A stretch of DNA of 64,000 bases. Origin: the human T2T-CHM13v2.0 reference genome, Homo sapiens. The position numbers and the translations under genes were made by a program. The stretch is from the NCBI RefSeq assembly GCF_009914755.1, contig NC_060928.1; one strand, written 5' to 3'. Shown piece after piece: positions 41,160-58,071 of this stretch. The stretch's first letter is position 1. The number at the start of each line of letters is the position of its first letter. The notes under the pieces were generated by a model. That model saw nothing but the letters and a program-made list of their open reading frames with translations. It was not told the DNA's origin and ran no database searches.

Positions 41160-41340
41160 TAGGAGCTGCAGCTTGTAATATTTGAGGGGGTCTCCTTTAA
41201 CTAAAATAATATAAAATTATCTTACATTTATGAACATTACAAATATGCATTACTAGTTTCTTCCCAGGATCTTGGAAGGGGTTCCTGCAAGTGAAGGACT
41301 TTGAAGGTTAAGTTTCATCAATTTTATGATAAATCAACTT
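41160..41340. mobile_element. possible MER91/hAT-Tip100-like relic
   Basis: GGAAGGGGTTCCTGCAAGTGAAGGACTTTGAAGGTTAAGTTTCATCAATTTTATGATAAATC resembles the recalled terminal region. Confidence 0.35.
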
Positions 41341-41376
41341 TTGGAATTTGGAATTGACATGTAATGTATCGTAATC

Positions 41377-41399
41377 TTTTTTTTTTTTTTTTTTTTTTT
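41377..41399. repeat. poly(T) run of ~23 nt
   Basis: Direct read. Confidence 0.9.
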
Positions 41400-43219
41400 A
41401 CACATTACGAAATAGGTACCCAGTTAACATTTTGGCACAGAACATCTGATTCTCTGAAATGTATTGTTGACTGACATAAAGCAGAATATTCCTCTTCCGA
41501 GATAGAAATAAACTATGAAGAGAAAGAAAAATGAATGGGAGAAAGGGAAAAAAAACCCTTCAAGTAATTGTAGCTAAAACTTCCTCTTTAGTTCTTTGTT
41601 ACCTGATGAGTCACTACCAATTCTGTTTTTAATTTTGACTTATTGGTTACTAATAAGTGCATCAGCTCTTGAATTCTCAATGTAATTGAACTGGTTGTAC
41701 TTGTAGGGGAAATCACAAGCAATTTTATTTCTATTTCCTTTTGTACTTAAAATACACTATGTGGAGTTATTTTAGTCCCTTCCTTTTGGATGAAAACTCA
41801 CCCAGATTCCATGAGTTGATCATCATTCTTAAGATGGTAAAAGTCCTCTAGTACTTTGAATTTGAGTCACAATTCAAAATTTAAAATGTCCAGTCCTATG
41901 TAGAATAAAAATTTCAAATGTGAGTTCCAGTTTGTATTTTCCTCCTTCATTTATCCCCTCTACTTTTTTAGACATTCCCTCATGGGTATTTTCTGACCTC
42001 CTCTAAATGTGAAGTATGGGCCAAAAGAATGGATAAGGAGAGGGTGCAAAAAGTCTGAATTCATCGATGTTAGTGTGATGACCCAGGGGGAATGGCTCTT
42101 TCTCACCCTATCCCTGAGGTTTTCTCTGCTGCAGTTCCCTGGACAAAGCAAATGAATATCTCTTCAGGACAGTGACTTTTTTTCTCATCTTGTCCATCCC
42201 TCAACTTCTTTATTTTTTCTCGAGGTTTTTGTTTTTGTTTTTGTTTCCCTTTCAAGGAACCATCTCAAACAGGATGTAAGATGACCCTGGCCCTACAGTC
42301 TTGTGCATGGAAAACATTTATATACTCTTTGCCCTTGTGGACTCTGCTGCCCCACAGCTGCACCTCTTTTTGTGCAGCTTCAAAGCAAGAAACCAGCCCA
42401 CATTTGCCGTATCAGCTTTTCAGGCAAAAGTCAGTAGCCAGGCCACTGCATCTCCAAACTGCAAGGAGCGTATTTTAAGTTCTCCAAATGGCAAATAATG
42501 AAGCAACCCCCATCCCTCGTTCTTAAGGGTACTGGGGTAGGACTCATGAATGTACCAACTACCAACTATAAAAATCCCCTTCTCTGTATTTTGTAGCCTC
42601 AATGTTGATAAATGCTTTTAGAGATTTTATGTCTTGTTTCCTATCACCTTTTTTGAAATAGTTTTATCCTTAAATGGAGACTGGCGTGAAATGTGTTTTG
42701 ATTCTCTTAGTACTTTTATCCAAAAACATCCATAAGAAATGAAGAAATGAAATACTTTTGGCAAACCTATATATTTTTGGTATTGGTTCTTCTAGTCTGT
42801 GTATGATAAGTAAATAAAATGCAATATTTAGAATGGCTCTTTCTGTATTTACAGCATGGTACCTTTAGTCATCTGTTTAAAAGGTTACTAAATATTTACT
42901 CTGTGAAAGTCCTTAGTCATTTTTTCTTAACAATATTAATCAAAATCATATAGATGTTATGAGACTAGTATCTTCCACATAGTATGAAATGTGCCATTGG
43001 ATTTTAGCCCTAACCTGAAACAATGGAGTAAAAATGCCTCAGGGAAACATATTGGTCCTTCAACTGACAAGGGACATGTAAGATTGAGATATTTTGTCCA
43101 GTTTTGTTTGAATGTTTTCTGTTAAAATAAAAACTACTTTGGCTTGCTATAAAGCATGTGTCCTTTAGGACACTTGTGCCAAATATTATGAGTGATATGA
43201 TTACTGGGAAACAGACACA

Positions 43220-43220
<1 letters not shown>

Positions 43221-43264
<44 letters not shown>
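43221..43264. repeat. (CA)22 microsatellite
   Basis: Perfect CA run. Confidence 0.97.
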
Positions 43265-43267
<3 letters not shown>

Positions 43268-43645
43268 TTTTTCCTGCAATGCCACAGAAGTGTCAAGAAA
43301 TTAAAAGAAAATAAATTGTCAATCAACAAGGCTAAAAGAAAAAAAAAAAACCAGAAACCAAACAAATGATGAGAAAGAAAATAAGACTGAATTACAGGGA
43401 ACATGAGAAGATACTTTTGGTCCTCCAAACTTACTGGGATCCTCCACTTACATGATAGAAACTACAGAAATGAAAATGTTTCCCAAATTATTGATTTTTT
43501 CTTTCACAGAGAATGCATGTCTAAGTGACTCCCAATATAATTAAAATCAGGTACAATTAACATCTTTGTTTAGGTAAAAATTAAAATTTTAAATCACTGC
43601 CTATATATAGATTAGAAATGACTTACCTTAAAAAGGCCATATTCT

Positions 43646-44550
43646 GGGGAGGAGCCAAGATGGCCGCATAGGAACAGCTCCGGTCTACAGCTCCCAGCTT
43701 GAGTGACGCAGAAGACAGGTGATTTCTGCATTTCCATCTGAGGTACCGGGTTCATCTCACTAGGGAGTGCCAGACAGTGGGCACAGGTCAGTGGGTGCGC
43801 GCACCGTGTGCGAGCCGAAGCAGGGAGAGGCATTGCCTCACTTGGGAAGCGCAAGGGGTCAGGGAGTTCCCTTTCCGAGTCAAAGAAAGGGGTGACGGAC
43901 GCACCTGGAAAATTGGGTCACTCCCACCCGAATATTGCGCTTTTCGGACTGGCTTAAAAAACGGTGCACCACGAGATTACATCCCGCACCTGGCTCGGAG
44001 GTTCCTATGCCCACGGAGTCTCGCTGATTGCTAACACAGCAGTCTGAGATCAAACTGCAAGGCGGCAACGAGGCTGGGGGAGGGGCGCCCGCCATTGCCC
44101 AGGCTTGATTAGGTAAACAAAGCAGCCAGGAAGCTCGAACTGGGTGGAGCCCATCACAGCTCAAGGAGGCCTGCCTGCTTCTGTAGGCTCCACCTCTGGG
44201 GGCAGGGCACACACAAACAAAAAGACAGCAGTAACCTCTGCAGACTTAAATGTCCCTGTCTGACAGCTTTGAAGAGAGCAGTGGTTCTCCCAGCACACAG
44301 CTGGAGATCTGAGAATGGGCAGACTGCCTCCTCAAGTGGGTCCCTGACCCCTGACCCCCGAGCAGCCTAACTGGGAGGCACCCCCCAGCAGGGGCACACT
44401 GACACCTCACACGGCAGGGTATTCCAACAGACCTGCAGCTGAGGGTCCTGTCTGTTAGAAGGAAAACTAACAAACAGAAAGGACATCCACACCAAAAACC
44501 CATCTGTACATCACCATCATCAAAGACCAAAAGTAGATAAAACCACAAAG
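43646..44550 (+). promoter_or_regulatory. L1 5'UTR internal sense promoter and antisense promoter
   Basis: YY1 motif CAAGATGGCC intact near 43656-43665; the most CpG-rich stretch in the window. Confidence 0.8.
43880..44095 (-). CDS. L1 ORF0 (71 aa), reading frame intact
   Basis: MAGAPPPASLPPCSLISDCC...FSRCVRHPFL*; ATG in GGGCAATGG context; expression not shown. Confidence 0.75.
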   Translation of the reverse strand: MAGAPPPASLPPCSLISDCCVSNQRDSVGIGTSEPGAGCNLVVHRFLSQSEKRNIRVGVTQFSRCVRHPFL

Positions 44551-45566
44551 ATAGGGAAAAAACAGAACAGAAAAACTGGAAACTCTAAAAAGCAGAGCGC
44601 CTCTCCTCCTCCAAAGGAACGCAGTTCCTCACCAGCAATGGAACAAAGCTGGATGGAGAATGACTTTGATGAGCTGAGAGAAGAAGGCTTCAGACGATCA
44701 AATTACTCTGAGCTACGGGAGGACATTCAAACCAAAGGCAAAGAAGTTGAAAACTTTGAAAAAAATTTAGAAGAATGTATAACTAGAATAACCAATACAG
44801 AGAAGTGCTTAAAGGAGCTGATGGAGCTGAAAACCAAGGCTCGAGAGCTACTTGAAGAATGCAGAAGCCTCAGGAGCCGATGTGATCAACTGGAAGAAAG
44901 GGTATCAGCAATGGAAGATGAAATGAATGAAATGAAGTGAGAAGGGAAGTTTAGAGAAAAAAGAATAAAAAGAAATGAGCAAAGCCTCCAAGAAATATGG
45001 GACTACGTGAAAAGACCAAATCTACGTCTGATTGGTGTACCTGAAAGTGATGGGGAGAATGGAACCAAGTTGGAAAACACTCTGCAGGATATTATCCAGG
45101 AGAACTTCCCCAATCTAGCAAGGCAGGCCAACGTTCAGATTCAGGAAATACAGAGAACGCCACAAAGATACTCCTCGAGAAGAGCAACTCCAAGACACAT
45201 AATTGTCGGATTCACCAAAGTTGAAATGAAGGAAAAAATGTTAAGGGCAGCCAGAGAGAAAGGTCGGGTTACCCTCAAAGGGAAGCCCATCAGACTAACA
45301 GCGGATCTCTCGGCAGAAACCCTACAAGCCAGAAGAGAGTGGGGGCCAATATTCAACATTCTTAAAGAAAAGAATTTTCAACCCAGAATTTCATATCCAG
45401 CCAAACTGAGCTTCATAAGTGAAGGAGAAATAAAATACTTACCAACAAGCAAATGCTGAGAGATTCTGTCACCACCAGGCCTGCCCTAAAAGAGCTCCTG
45501 AAGGAAGTGCTAAACATGGAAAGGAACAACCGGTACCAGCCGCTGCAAAATCATGCCAAAATGTAA
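44551..45566 (+). pseudogene. L1 ORF1 (RNA-binding chaperone), disrupted
   Basis: Start codon ATG>ATA at 44551, premature TGA at 44938-44940, frameshift near 45440; fragments MEQSWMENDF.. and ..RPNLRLIGVPE.. Confidence 0.93.
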
Positions 45567-45629
45567 AGACCATCGAGACTAGGAAGAAACTGCATCAACT
45601 AACGAGCAAAATCACCAGCTAACATCATA

Positions 45630-49454
<3,825 letters not shown>

Positions 49455-49670
49455 ACAATGAGAACACATGGACACAGGAAAGGGAACATCACACTCTGAG
49501 GACTGTTGTGGGGTGAGGGGAGGGGAGAGGGATAGCATTGGGAGATATACCTAATGCTAGATGACGAGTTAGTGGGTGCAGCGCACCAGCATGGCACATG
49601 TATACATATGTAACTAACCTGCACAATGTGCACATGTACCCTAAAACTTAAAGTATAATAAAGAAAAAAA

Positions 49671-49817
49671 TTAACTAGAATATTTGGTGGAGTAAAAAAA
49701 GAAAAAAAAAGAAATTACATTTTGCAAGCAATTTTTCAGAAGAACTAGTCAATATATTTGCTTTAAAAATGTAAGTATATGACTTTAATAAAAACTCGTG
49801 TGACTTTAAAAAAAAAA
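49671..49817 (+). other. L1 3'-transduced non-L1 sequence
   Basis: Lies between the L1 3' end and the 3' TSD; has its own AATAAA (49787-49792) 15 nt before the terminal poly(A). Confidence 0.88.
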
Positions 49818-51844
49818 AAAAAGGCCATATTCTTTCCAGAAGGAAAAACCGATTACGTAACAGTGATTATTTTATTCTGATGTATTCTGTTCAATATGTT
49901 AAGCTTAGAATAGATGAAGTTTTACTTTGAATATAAATTATTTATTTTCATTATATTTACAACAGCTGACAGTTTTAGTAATAACAGGATTATGGGGGGA
50001 TTTTCTATTTTCAATCTCATCTCTTAGTAGTAATACAAAAATAATAAGTCCGATTCAGGACCTGGGTAGATCAAGTAAAAATGCCACAGGTTTAGTTCAT
50101 GTAAGTAAAGATGCTTTTATTCTGACACTAATGTAGAGCTTTATTTAAAACAAACAAACAAACAAAACGAGTCAAGCATGGTTGTTGGGGGAGACTACGT
50201 TAAATCAGGTTAACAATAACCCAAAGTGCTCTGACCAACTGAGACCAACTAGAGCTTTCCTATAGTTAAACACCTTCTGACCTTCTGGTGGCATTAGATT
50301 CAGGCTACCTATACACTGCTAGTAAGTCCTACTTTGCCTAAGTCACATTCAAGGTATGCTAAGGAGTGTTTTTAAGTTTTAGTTTTTTGTTTTGTTTTGG
50401 TTTGGTTTTTTTAAGTTTTTTTCCATTCCAGTGTCTGCTGTGCTGTTTGGGAAACAAAAAATCATTAACAAAATCAAGAAAATCAAATTTGAGACCTGCT
50501 TTAATGGCTGTTTCACTTTATAGTGAAAACTCAAACTTAACTCTTCACTGAGCACATTTCTTGGCTATCACTTTGATCCTTGGGTACATGTAACACAATG
50601 CAAAGGTGCAAGTGATATACTTGCTAATTTATTTGAGATCCTTCTCTCCACTAATCCTATGTAGAATTATGATAATCCAACATGATAATTTTTATAAATG
50701 CATTAACATTTGGATTACTATAACTGATAAATCTCAGTCTACCTACTTTTCAAAACTACCATTTTGCATTCTTTACACTGGCCTTATGGCATTTAAAAAT
50801 TCCAATGGTATTTGAAATACAAGCATAAAGCTAAGGAATTGAGATCCTAGAGTTCAACTATGAAATTTTAAATCAAGGGAAAATAATAATTCAAGGGTAG
50901 TTTAGGATAATTGTTTCATTTTCCAGTCAAGAAAATTGAGGTTGTACAGGTGGAACCAATAGGTGACTAGTGTTAGGATAACCAATTAAGACTGATCATC
51001 ACCAGAACACGAGCCTCTCATGTGCTGCTAATCCAGGGCTCTGTCGATCAAGACTGAAACCAAGAATGAAGAAATAAGAAATAAATATGCTTTCCAATCT
51101 CAAGTCATCTGAAATTTATTTTAAAAAGCTTAAACTAATAATTCATACTGCTTTAGGCCTGCTACTTTCATTCTTATTCGTAAATAACACTTCACCCATA
51201 GTAAATGCTTGATAAATATTTGTTGAAATGAATTAAATTTATTCAAGGATAAATATAGTGTACCACATCTTTTCAAGGCTTCACCACATTAATATCAATT
51301 CATGAATTTCACAAGCTCTGAGGTTCTACTTACTCGGTAGCAGCACCTGCCCTTTACCTAAAAACTCTGTTAATTCCGAGACTATAAAGCAGGTGGTCTC
51401 CCATGTGCTCAAGGACATATCACCTTGTGTTGTTTTGCTCTCAGTCAAGGAGATCTATTTGTCTCTCTGCCTTCCGCACCCTTCATTTGAATATGTGCCT
51501 CCACAAGGCAATGACATCCTCCAATGGTGGTCACCTAATCCTTTCACGATGCCAAAGCTATCCCATGATCAGGGATAGAGGTGAGGAGAATGGTTATTTC
51601 CCTACATTTCTGTGATTCTCTCTTCCTGAGGTCTAAAGCAGCATGGCTAGATCACACATGCTAATAAGTAGACGAGCTAATATATAAACCCAATTAGTCT
51701 GGCTCCAGACTCCCCATACACTGTGTGGGGTGTGGCACATCTATTTCATACTTTACATCGTCCTGTGCTCTCTGAGGATCATGCATGCAATGTCTATCTT
51801 CAGTCTCCAGGCAAACCAACAAAATGTGCACACAAATTAATTGG

Positions 51845-51878
51845 TTTTTTTTTTTTTTTTTTTTTTTGCGGGGGGGGA
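51845..51878. repeat. poly(T) run followed by a G run
   Basis: Direct read. Confidence 0.85.
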
Positions 51879-52109
51879 TGGAAAGGGAAAGAACTTTCTC
51901 CATCTTCTCTTTCTAGAAGTGTCCCAGTCACAACTCCAGCCTTTCAACTCAACTCATTGTAATGAAGCAGAAAGGTTTTTCATTCTGTGATATGTATTTT
52001 ATAATTTTTCTCTGTGTTATTTACTTACTTATTGATCTAAGACCTATGGTCTGGTTTTGAAAAGCTAGGCAGCAGTGTTCAATTGTTTGTTGTTTTTTTA
52101 AAGTATACT

Positions 52110-52584
52110 TTTCTTTACGGTGTTGCTGCATTGTAAACAATTCTAAAATCTCAGTGTCTTACCTCACTATTTCTTGCTCATGCATTTTTACAGGCCAGCT
52201 CTGGCAATGCTGAGCTCAGATGGAATTAGCTAGGCTTGGATCCAGGCTGCAAGTTAAAGCTCAGTGTTTCTTCTCATTGGTTAAAGCTCAGTGTTTGTTC
52301 TTATTCCAGAACCAATGGCTCTACCCAACATATTCTTCTCACCACAGATGACAAAGACACAAGGAGCCAAGACAGATCATTCAAGCATATTCATTGCCTC
52401 TATCTTCATCCCATTAAATAACATCCCGCCAACCAAAGCAAGTTATCTGCATAAGAATAAATATTCCACCTACTCTACTGCAAGGCCCTGCAAGAGTCAT
52501 GAGACAAAAGGTTTGGATGTAATCCTATTACAGTGAGTGGGTAGGGGTAGTGAAGAGCAGAGAACCTTAATCCATTTTACCACA
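52110..52584 (-). mobile_element. MLT1H/I-like MaLR LTR with an internal 27-bp tandem duplication (52253-52306)
   Basis: AACAATTCTAAAATCTCAGTGTCTTA, AACATCCCGCCAACCAAAGCAAGTTA, terminal CCATTTTACCACA; GTTAAAGCTCAGTGTTT occurs twice. Confidence 0.7.
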
Positions 52585-54541
52585 GTTATCAATAATGACA
52601 GTAAGAATAGTAATAGTGATGATGATGATGATGTAAACAAGTTTTCTTTTCCGCAGCTTTTAACATTAAGCTTTATTCACCCTGAGATTTTTACCCTTAA
52701 TTTAAAGGCCTAGTAAGATGGCCTTACAGAAATAATTTTTTTTTTCTCCATGAGCCATTTAAGAGCACTTTAATAAGGAGGAAAAGAAATTCCTTGTGAG
52801 TGAAGAGAGGCATGCATTGGAGATGATGTGTTACTGTGAAACAGCGTACAGAATGTAGAAATTAGCTTTGAAAATGTGACACCCAAATTAACATCCTGCC
52901 TAGCTCCAATCAGCTTGAGTATTAGGGAGAGAGGACTGTAGTCTCAATTGTGTAAATTTAGAAGAGGCATTTTTTAAAAAAACTAAAACTACAGGCTGCA
53001 GTATTTTGTTGCTTAGATAATAAGAGTGTGTCACACTGGGAATGAGGGTTCCTTCTTTCCACTTTTTAGACACTCCTAAAACCCAGCAGCCTGAGAATGA
53101 AACAGGAACAGTCTGCAAGTTAATTAAAAGCGGTGGAGGCTTATGGTTCAGCAACCATAGATAACAGTAGGTGATCCCCACTGTTGAGATGTGATGACTT
53201 AACACGATAGATGGAGGGAGGAGAAAACTAGCAGAACCCACAGTGAGAGAACTGGATTTAGTAACGTACACAGACATCTTACTGGAGAGGAAAATTCAAG
53301 GAAGAATTTTTACTGCCACTTCAGTCTGTTTGTGTCCAAACTAGTGTGTTTGAAGGCATTCTGGCTTATATTATTATTATTATTATTGTTATTATTTATT
53401 ACCACTATTATTCATATATTAGTGTTTTAACTTCATTGATGAGACAAGATGACGAACTTTGACAATTCTTTTGTTCATGAAAGGGATACAATCGCCCAGC
53501 TCCACTTTGCCTAGGCTATGATATAGGAAACAAAATTAGATCTATCCTAAGAAAACAAGAATGAAGAATAGCTTATCCAATCAATAAAAAATTACTGTCA
53601 TTTGGATAAGAATTTGCCTGATGTACAAAAATTTGCTTGGCAATCTCAAGTTTTTATGTTTCCATAATATGCTACATAAGTGCTAGAATTTATTTATTGC
53701 TATCTAGTTAGAAGAAAATAAAAGCTGCCCCATCAGTAATACAAAATTGTATTCCAATACTTTTCATCACATAAGGGACATTCCACAGGCTATGAAATTC
53801 TCAATAAAACGGCAAACCTCATTGAATTGTCTCATACTGAGTTGAATATCAATAAAACTACAATTTTATTGGTAACTGCTGGACAGCAGAAATGGGAATC
53901 ACATTGATTCACATTATCATAGTTTAATATCCTTTAACAGATATTGTTCCTTAGGTTTACTTTTCAAAGATCTTTCTTCTCTCATTAAACCTACCCTTTC
54001 TGTGGGACTTTCTTTCTCAAAAATTTCATCTATTTCCATGCTTTAAGTATGAATGAATCCTGAAAGTTTATCTCTAGACCAGCGTTTCAGTCTCCTTGAC
54101 AATGAGCTTTGGATATCTGCATGGAGCTGAAACTTGGCAGGTGAAAAAACAAATTCATTTTCATACCTCAATATTTCCCAAAACATTCATTTCCTCTAGA
54201 CTTTTTTTATTTCTTAATATAGATCTAGATTTTTGAACTTGACTATTATCCCTCCTTTACTTTTTTATATTTAACAATGCAAATTCTATTTCTATATCAA
54301 TATTTTATACTTATATTTCCATCTTTAGACCACTTCCTCTAATCCAGAGCCTCTTAATTCTTTCTTTGTAAAGTCCTTCCAAATGTAATTAATTCTCAGG
54401 TTTATTTCTCCTGTCTCTTAATTTGTCAACAGTACCCCACTTCTGATTAGTGTTTTTAAGGTGCAGCCTCTCTGCTACTCTACCTTTGGGGTCCACTTCA
54501 AATGCCGTTAACTCTATTAGAACTTTTTCCAGTGTCATGAC

Positions 54542-54591
54542 TATATATATACATATATATACACATAACTGTATATATATATGTATATATA
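54542..54591. repeat. (TA)n/(CATA)n imperfect, self-complementary tract
   Basis: TATATATATACATATATATACACATAACTGTATATATATATGTATATATA. Confidence 0.85.
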
Positions 54592-54646
54592 GTCTCTTGA
54601 TCATGTGAATTTCTTTGTAAAGTTTTCCCTGAAATACTTTAATACA

Positions 54647-54746
54647 TTCAATAGAATATGCATCTCTGCACCTCCATCATATAAAGGGCTTTGCTGATTG
54701 TCGTGTGAGTGGGAAGTGTGTGGACAGGTATACTGAGTAACAGGAA
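54647..54746 (+). repeat. copy 1 of a ~100-bp dispersed direct repeat
   Basis: Near-identical to 56158-56259. Confidence 0.95.
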
Positions 54747-54983
54747 TCGTGTCACCCATGATTAATCTTTTCAAAAATGTAATCAATTTTATGTTTATTC
54801 CCTCATTTTCCCCCACCAGATATATAATTGAGCACTCTGATGCCAAGGATGGTGAGTTACTCATCTTTCTATTCCAGGCTATAACTCACATGAAAAAGAT
54901 GAACATTAAATACTTACTAAATTTTATCAGTGATTCTACTTAGGCTCTATGGATTTATAATTTATTTTCCAGCAAAAAGGGAA

Positions 54984-54985
<2 letters not shown>

Positions 54986-55029
<44 letters not shown>

Positions 55030-55096
55030 ATCTATCTAGCTAGCTAGGTAGCTGCTTACCTATCTGTCTGTCTAGCTGCTTACCTATCTGTCTATC
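54986..55096. repeat. (TATC)11 STR followed by a 24-bp tandem duplication
   Basis: TATC x11 at 54986-55029; TAGCTGCTTACCTATCTGTCT(G/A)TC x2 at 55049-55096. Confidence 0.93.
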
Positions 55097-56157
55097 AGTT
55101 ATTTTTCTTCCAATGGTGATGCAGCTGAAGAATTACTTAGGGCCACATCACTACCAGGGAACACAAATGCTCACAAATAACTATTAATATTCTTTTGCTT
55201 TGATTTATTGGAAAACATTTTTCCCCTAAGCTGGGAACGACGTTAATGCCCTCTATTAGGATAAAGTGACTGCTAAAAATACTGCAGGTTCTTTTCACTC
55301 AAGACCTAGACTATTGGATCAGAAGCTCCTGCCACTAACAGCCTTAGTGTAAATGCCATCCACAAAGTGGATGTTACACACAATTTGAATGAATTAATTT
55401 GAATGACTATTCGTATTGAAAATGACATATTTTCAGTGAAATTGAATGAGGCATTCTAATTTGTCTTCAAATTCAGTAAAATTTCAATTAATAGGAAAAA
55501 AACAGGAAAATATGCAATTCATATGCCCTATAATTCTTTAGCTAAGTATTCTCTGCATTTGCTGTTTTCTATTTCCCTTTATTACCCAGTCTAAACCAAG
55601 TTCTACTGCTTCTCCCATGATAGCTAGAGTTGAACATTTGCTGAATCTTGTAAGCATGTCTGCTATGAAATTAAAAATAAATGTGGTTCATTTGAGATGA
55701 TCTCATATTTTCTTAGTTGCTTTTTGGGTTGTGTGATTCCAATAGCACACACTACCCCCAGCTTCTGTTTCATGAACTGACATTAAATAAACTATGAAAC
55801 TAGTGCTAAAATGGACAATTCAACAATTAAAGAGACAGTAAATGGAGATAGTATATTTACTTTACCTCTGCCTTCATTATTCTAAACCTCCTAACAGCAG
55901 CAATAAAATATTTTAGCAAGAGTTTCCAGATGCAATAAGAATTTAATTTTCTTCTCAGAAAGAGGAACTTGTTTATAACTCACTAGAGAAGACTGAGCTT
56001 ATAAGATATTTAATTGTTCTTATTGTGATAAAATTCGGGCCCAGAGTAATTTATTTTCCCTTTCAATGTGGAAGATACACATAAAGCTAAATAATTGAAG
56101 TAAAAATTAATAGGATTGAGTTCCAAATTGTTACTTTGGGAATATTGTAGTGGTGGT

Positions 56158-56570
<413 letters not shown>

Positions 56571-56829
56571 GGAAGCAACTTCTGTCTATACTACATTCAC
56601 GCCAGTGGTGAGGCTAAACACCCCATTTATATATGGGATCTGCTTTTCAGGGAATCACCCTACATCTTTGCTTTTAAAAAGCTACCCTTGTACTGACTGT
56701 GTAGGTCATTTAGCATTGCTTAGTACAGGGGATTTTGAAGCTATTGGTCATATTGCCTGTAAAGAACTGGTTTTGCCCAACATTATTCAATGTTAGTCAC
56801 AGTAGCAGAAATTTGAAAAACATAATTTC

Positions 56830-56984
56830 TTTTTTTTTGCGATAGGATCTCTCTTTCTGTCACTCAGGCTGGAGTTCAGTGGCTTGATAATAGCTCACCG
56901 CAGCCTCAAACTCCAAGAGGGCAATTCTCCTGCCTTGGCCTCCCAAAGTGTTGATATTACAGGCATGAGCCACTGCCCTTGGCT
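56830..56984 (-). mobile_element. monomeric Alu (left-arm 5' part fused to J-type right-arm 3' part)
   Basis: ~155 bp; TSD CATAATTTC at 56821-56829 and 56985-56993. Confidence 0.85.
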
Positions 56985-57275
56985 CATAATTTCCATATAG
57001 CCATTTCCAGTGGCATCATGCTGTATACATAGAATTTAATTATTTTTTAAATACTCTTTTTTTTAAAATATTATAAAAGTAAGGCATGGATTTAGAAACT
57101 TGGAAAATGTTTACAAATGCGTAGAACGAAACAACATTTCTCCATAATCTTGAAACATGTTGACAACATTTTAATGTATTTTTTGCCACTCTTTTTGCTT
57201 GCATGTGCATGATCGTATATGCATGCATTGAATCTTGCATTTCAACATATAAGGTGTTGGACAGTGGGAGGTGTA

Positions 57276-57299
57276 TACACACACACACACACGCGCGCA
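57276..57299. repeat. (CA)n(CG)n tract
   Basis: ACACACACACACACACGCGCGCA. Confidence 0.8.
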
Positions 57300-57523
57300 T
57301 TTGAATCTTGCATTTTTATGTTATATTGTTACTGGAAATGCCCCGTGCCATTAATTGTAACAAAATTACATGAATGTCTGCATAATAGGCTGATGTTAGA
57401 TATACTCTAATGCATCTGTTCATTTATCTATTGTGAAATGTTGATTTTTTTCAGTTTATATTACCACAAATTCTATTGTAATGAATTACTTTCTAAGGAA
57501 AGTTAATATTCTATAAACCATAC

Positions 57524-58071
57524 TGTGGTGGTTAATATTGAGTGTCAACTTGATTGAATTGAAGAATGCAAAGTATTGATCCTGGGTGTGTCTGTGAGGG
57601 TGTTGCTAAAGGAGATTAACACTTGAGTCAGCGGACTGGGAGAGGCGACCCACCCTCAATCTGGGTGGGCACAAATTAATCATCTGCCAGTGAAGCTAGG
57701 ATAAAAGGAGGCAGAGGAACATGGAAAAACTAGACTGGCTAAGTCTTCCAGACTTCATCTTTCTCCTGTACTGGATGCTTCCTGCCCTCGAACATTGGAC
57801 TCCAAGCTCTTCAGCTTTTGGACTCTTGGACTTACCCCAGTGGTTTGCCAGGGGCTCTCAGACCTTGCCCACAGACAAAAGGCGGCACTGTGGGCTTTCC
57901 CACTTTTGAAGTTTTGGGACTTGGACTGGCTTCCTTGCTCCTCAGCTTGCAGAAAGCCTATTGTGAGACTTCACTTTGTGATTGTGTGAGTCAATACTCA
58001 TTAATAAACTCCCCTTTATATATACATCTACCCTATTAGTTCTGTCCCTCTAGAGAACACTGACTAATACA
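57524..58071 (+). mobile_element. MLT2A (A2-length) HERV-L solo LTR, complete
   Basis: TGTGGTGGTTAATATTGAGTGTCAACTTGATTG ... CTCTAGAGAACACTGACTAATACA; perfect TSD CATAC at 57519-57523 and 58072-58076; AATAAA near 58003. Confidence 0.95.

Larger units (their letters stand above)
54040..54925 (+). mobile_element. L2 relic, interrupted by a TA repeat and a 100-bp copy
   Basis: CATCTATTTCCATGCTTTAAGTAT..TCCTGAAAGTTTATCTCTAGACC and a decayed L2-like 3' end near 54830-54920. Confidence 0.5.

Noticed and set aside
41361-41410. Hairpin or terminator around poly(T) (TCGTAAT...ATTACGA)
   Set aside because: Only 7-bp arms in AT-rich DNA; no TSD or Pol III boxes, so chance is sufficient.
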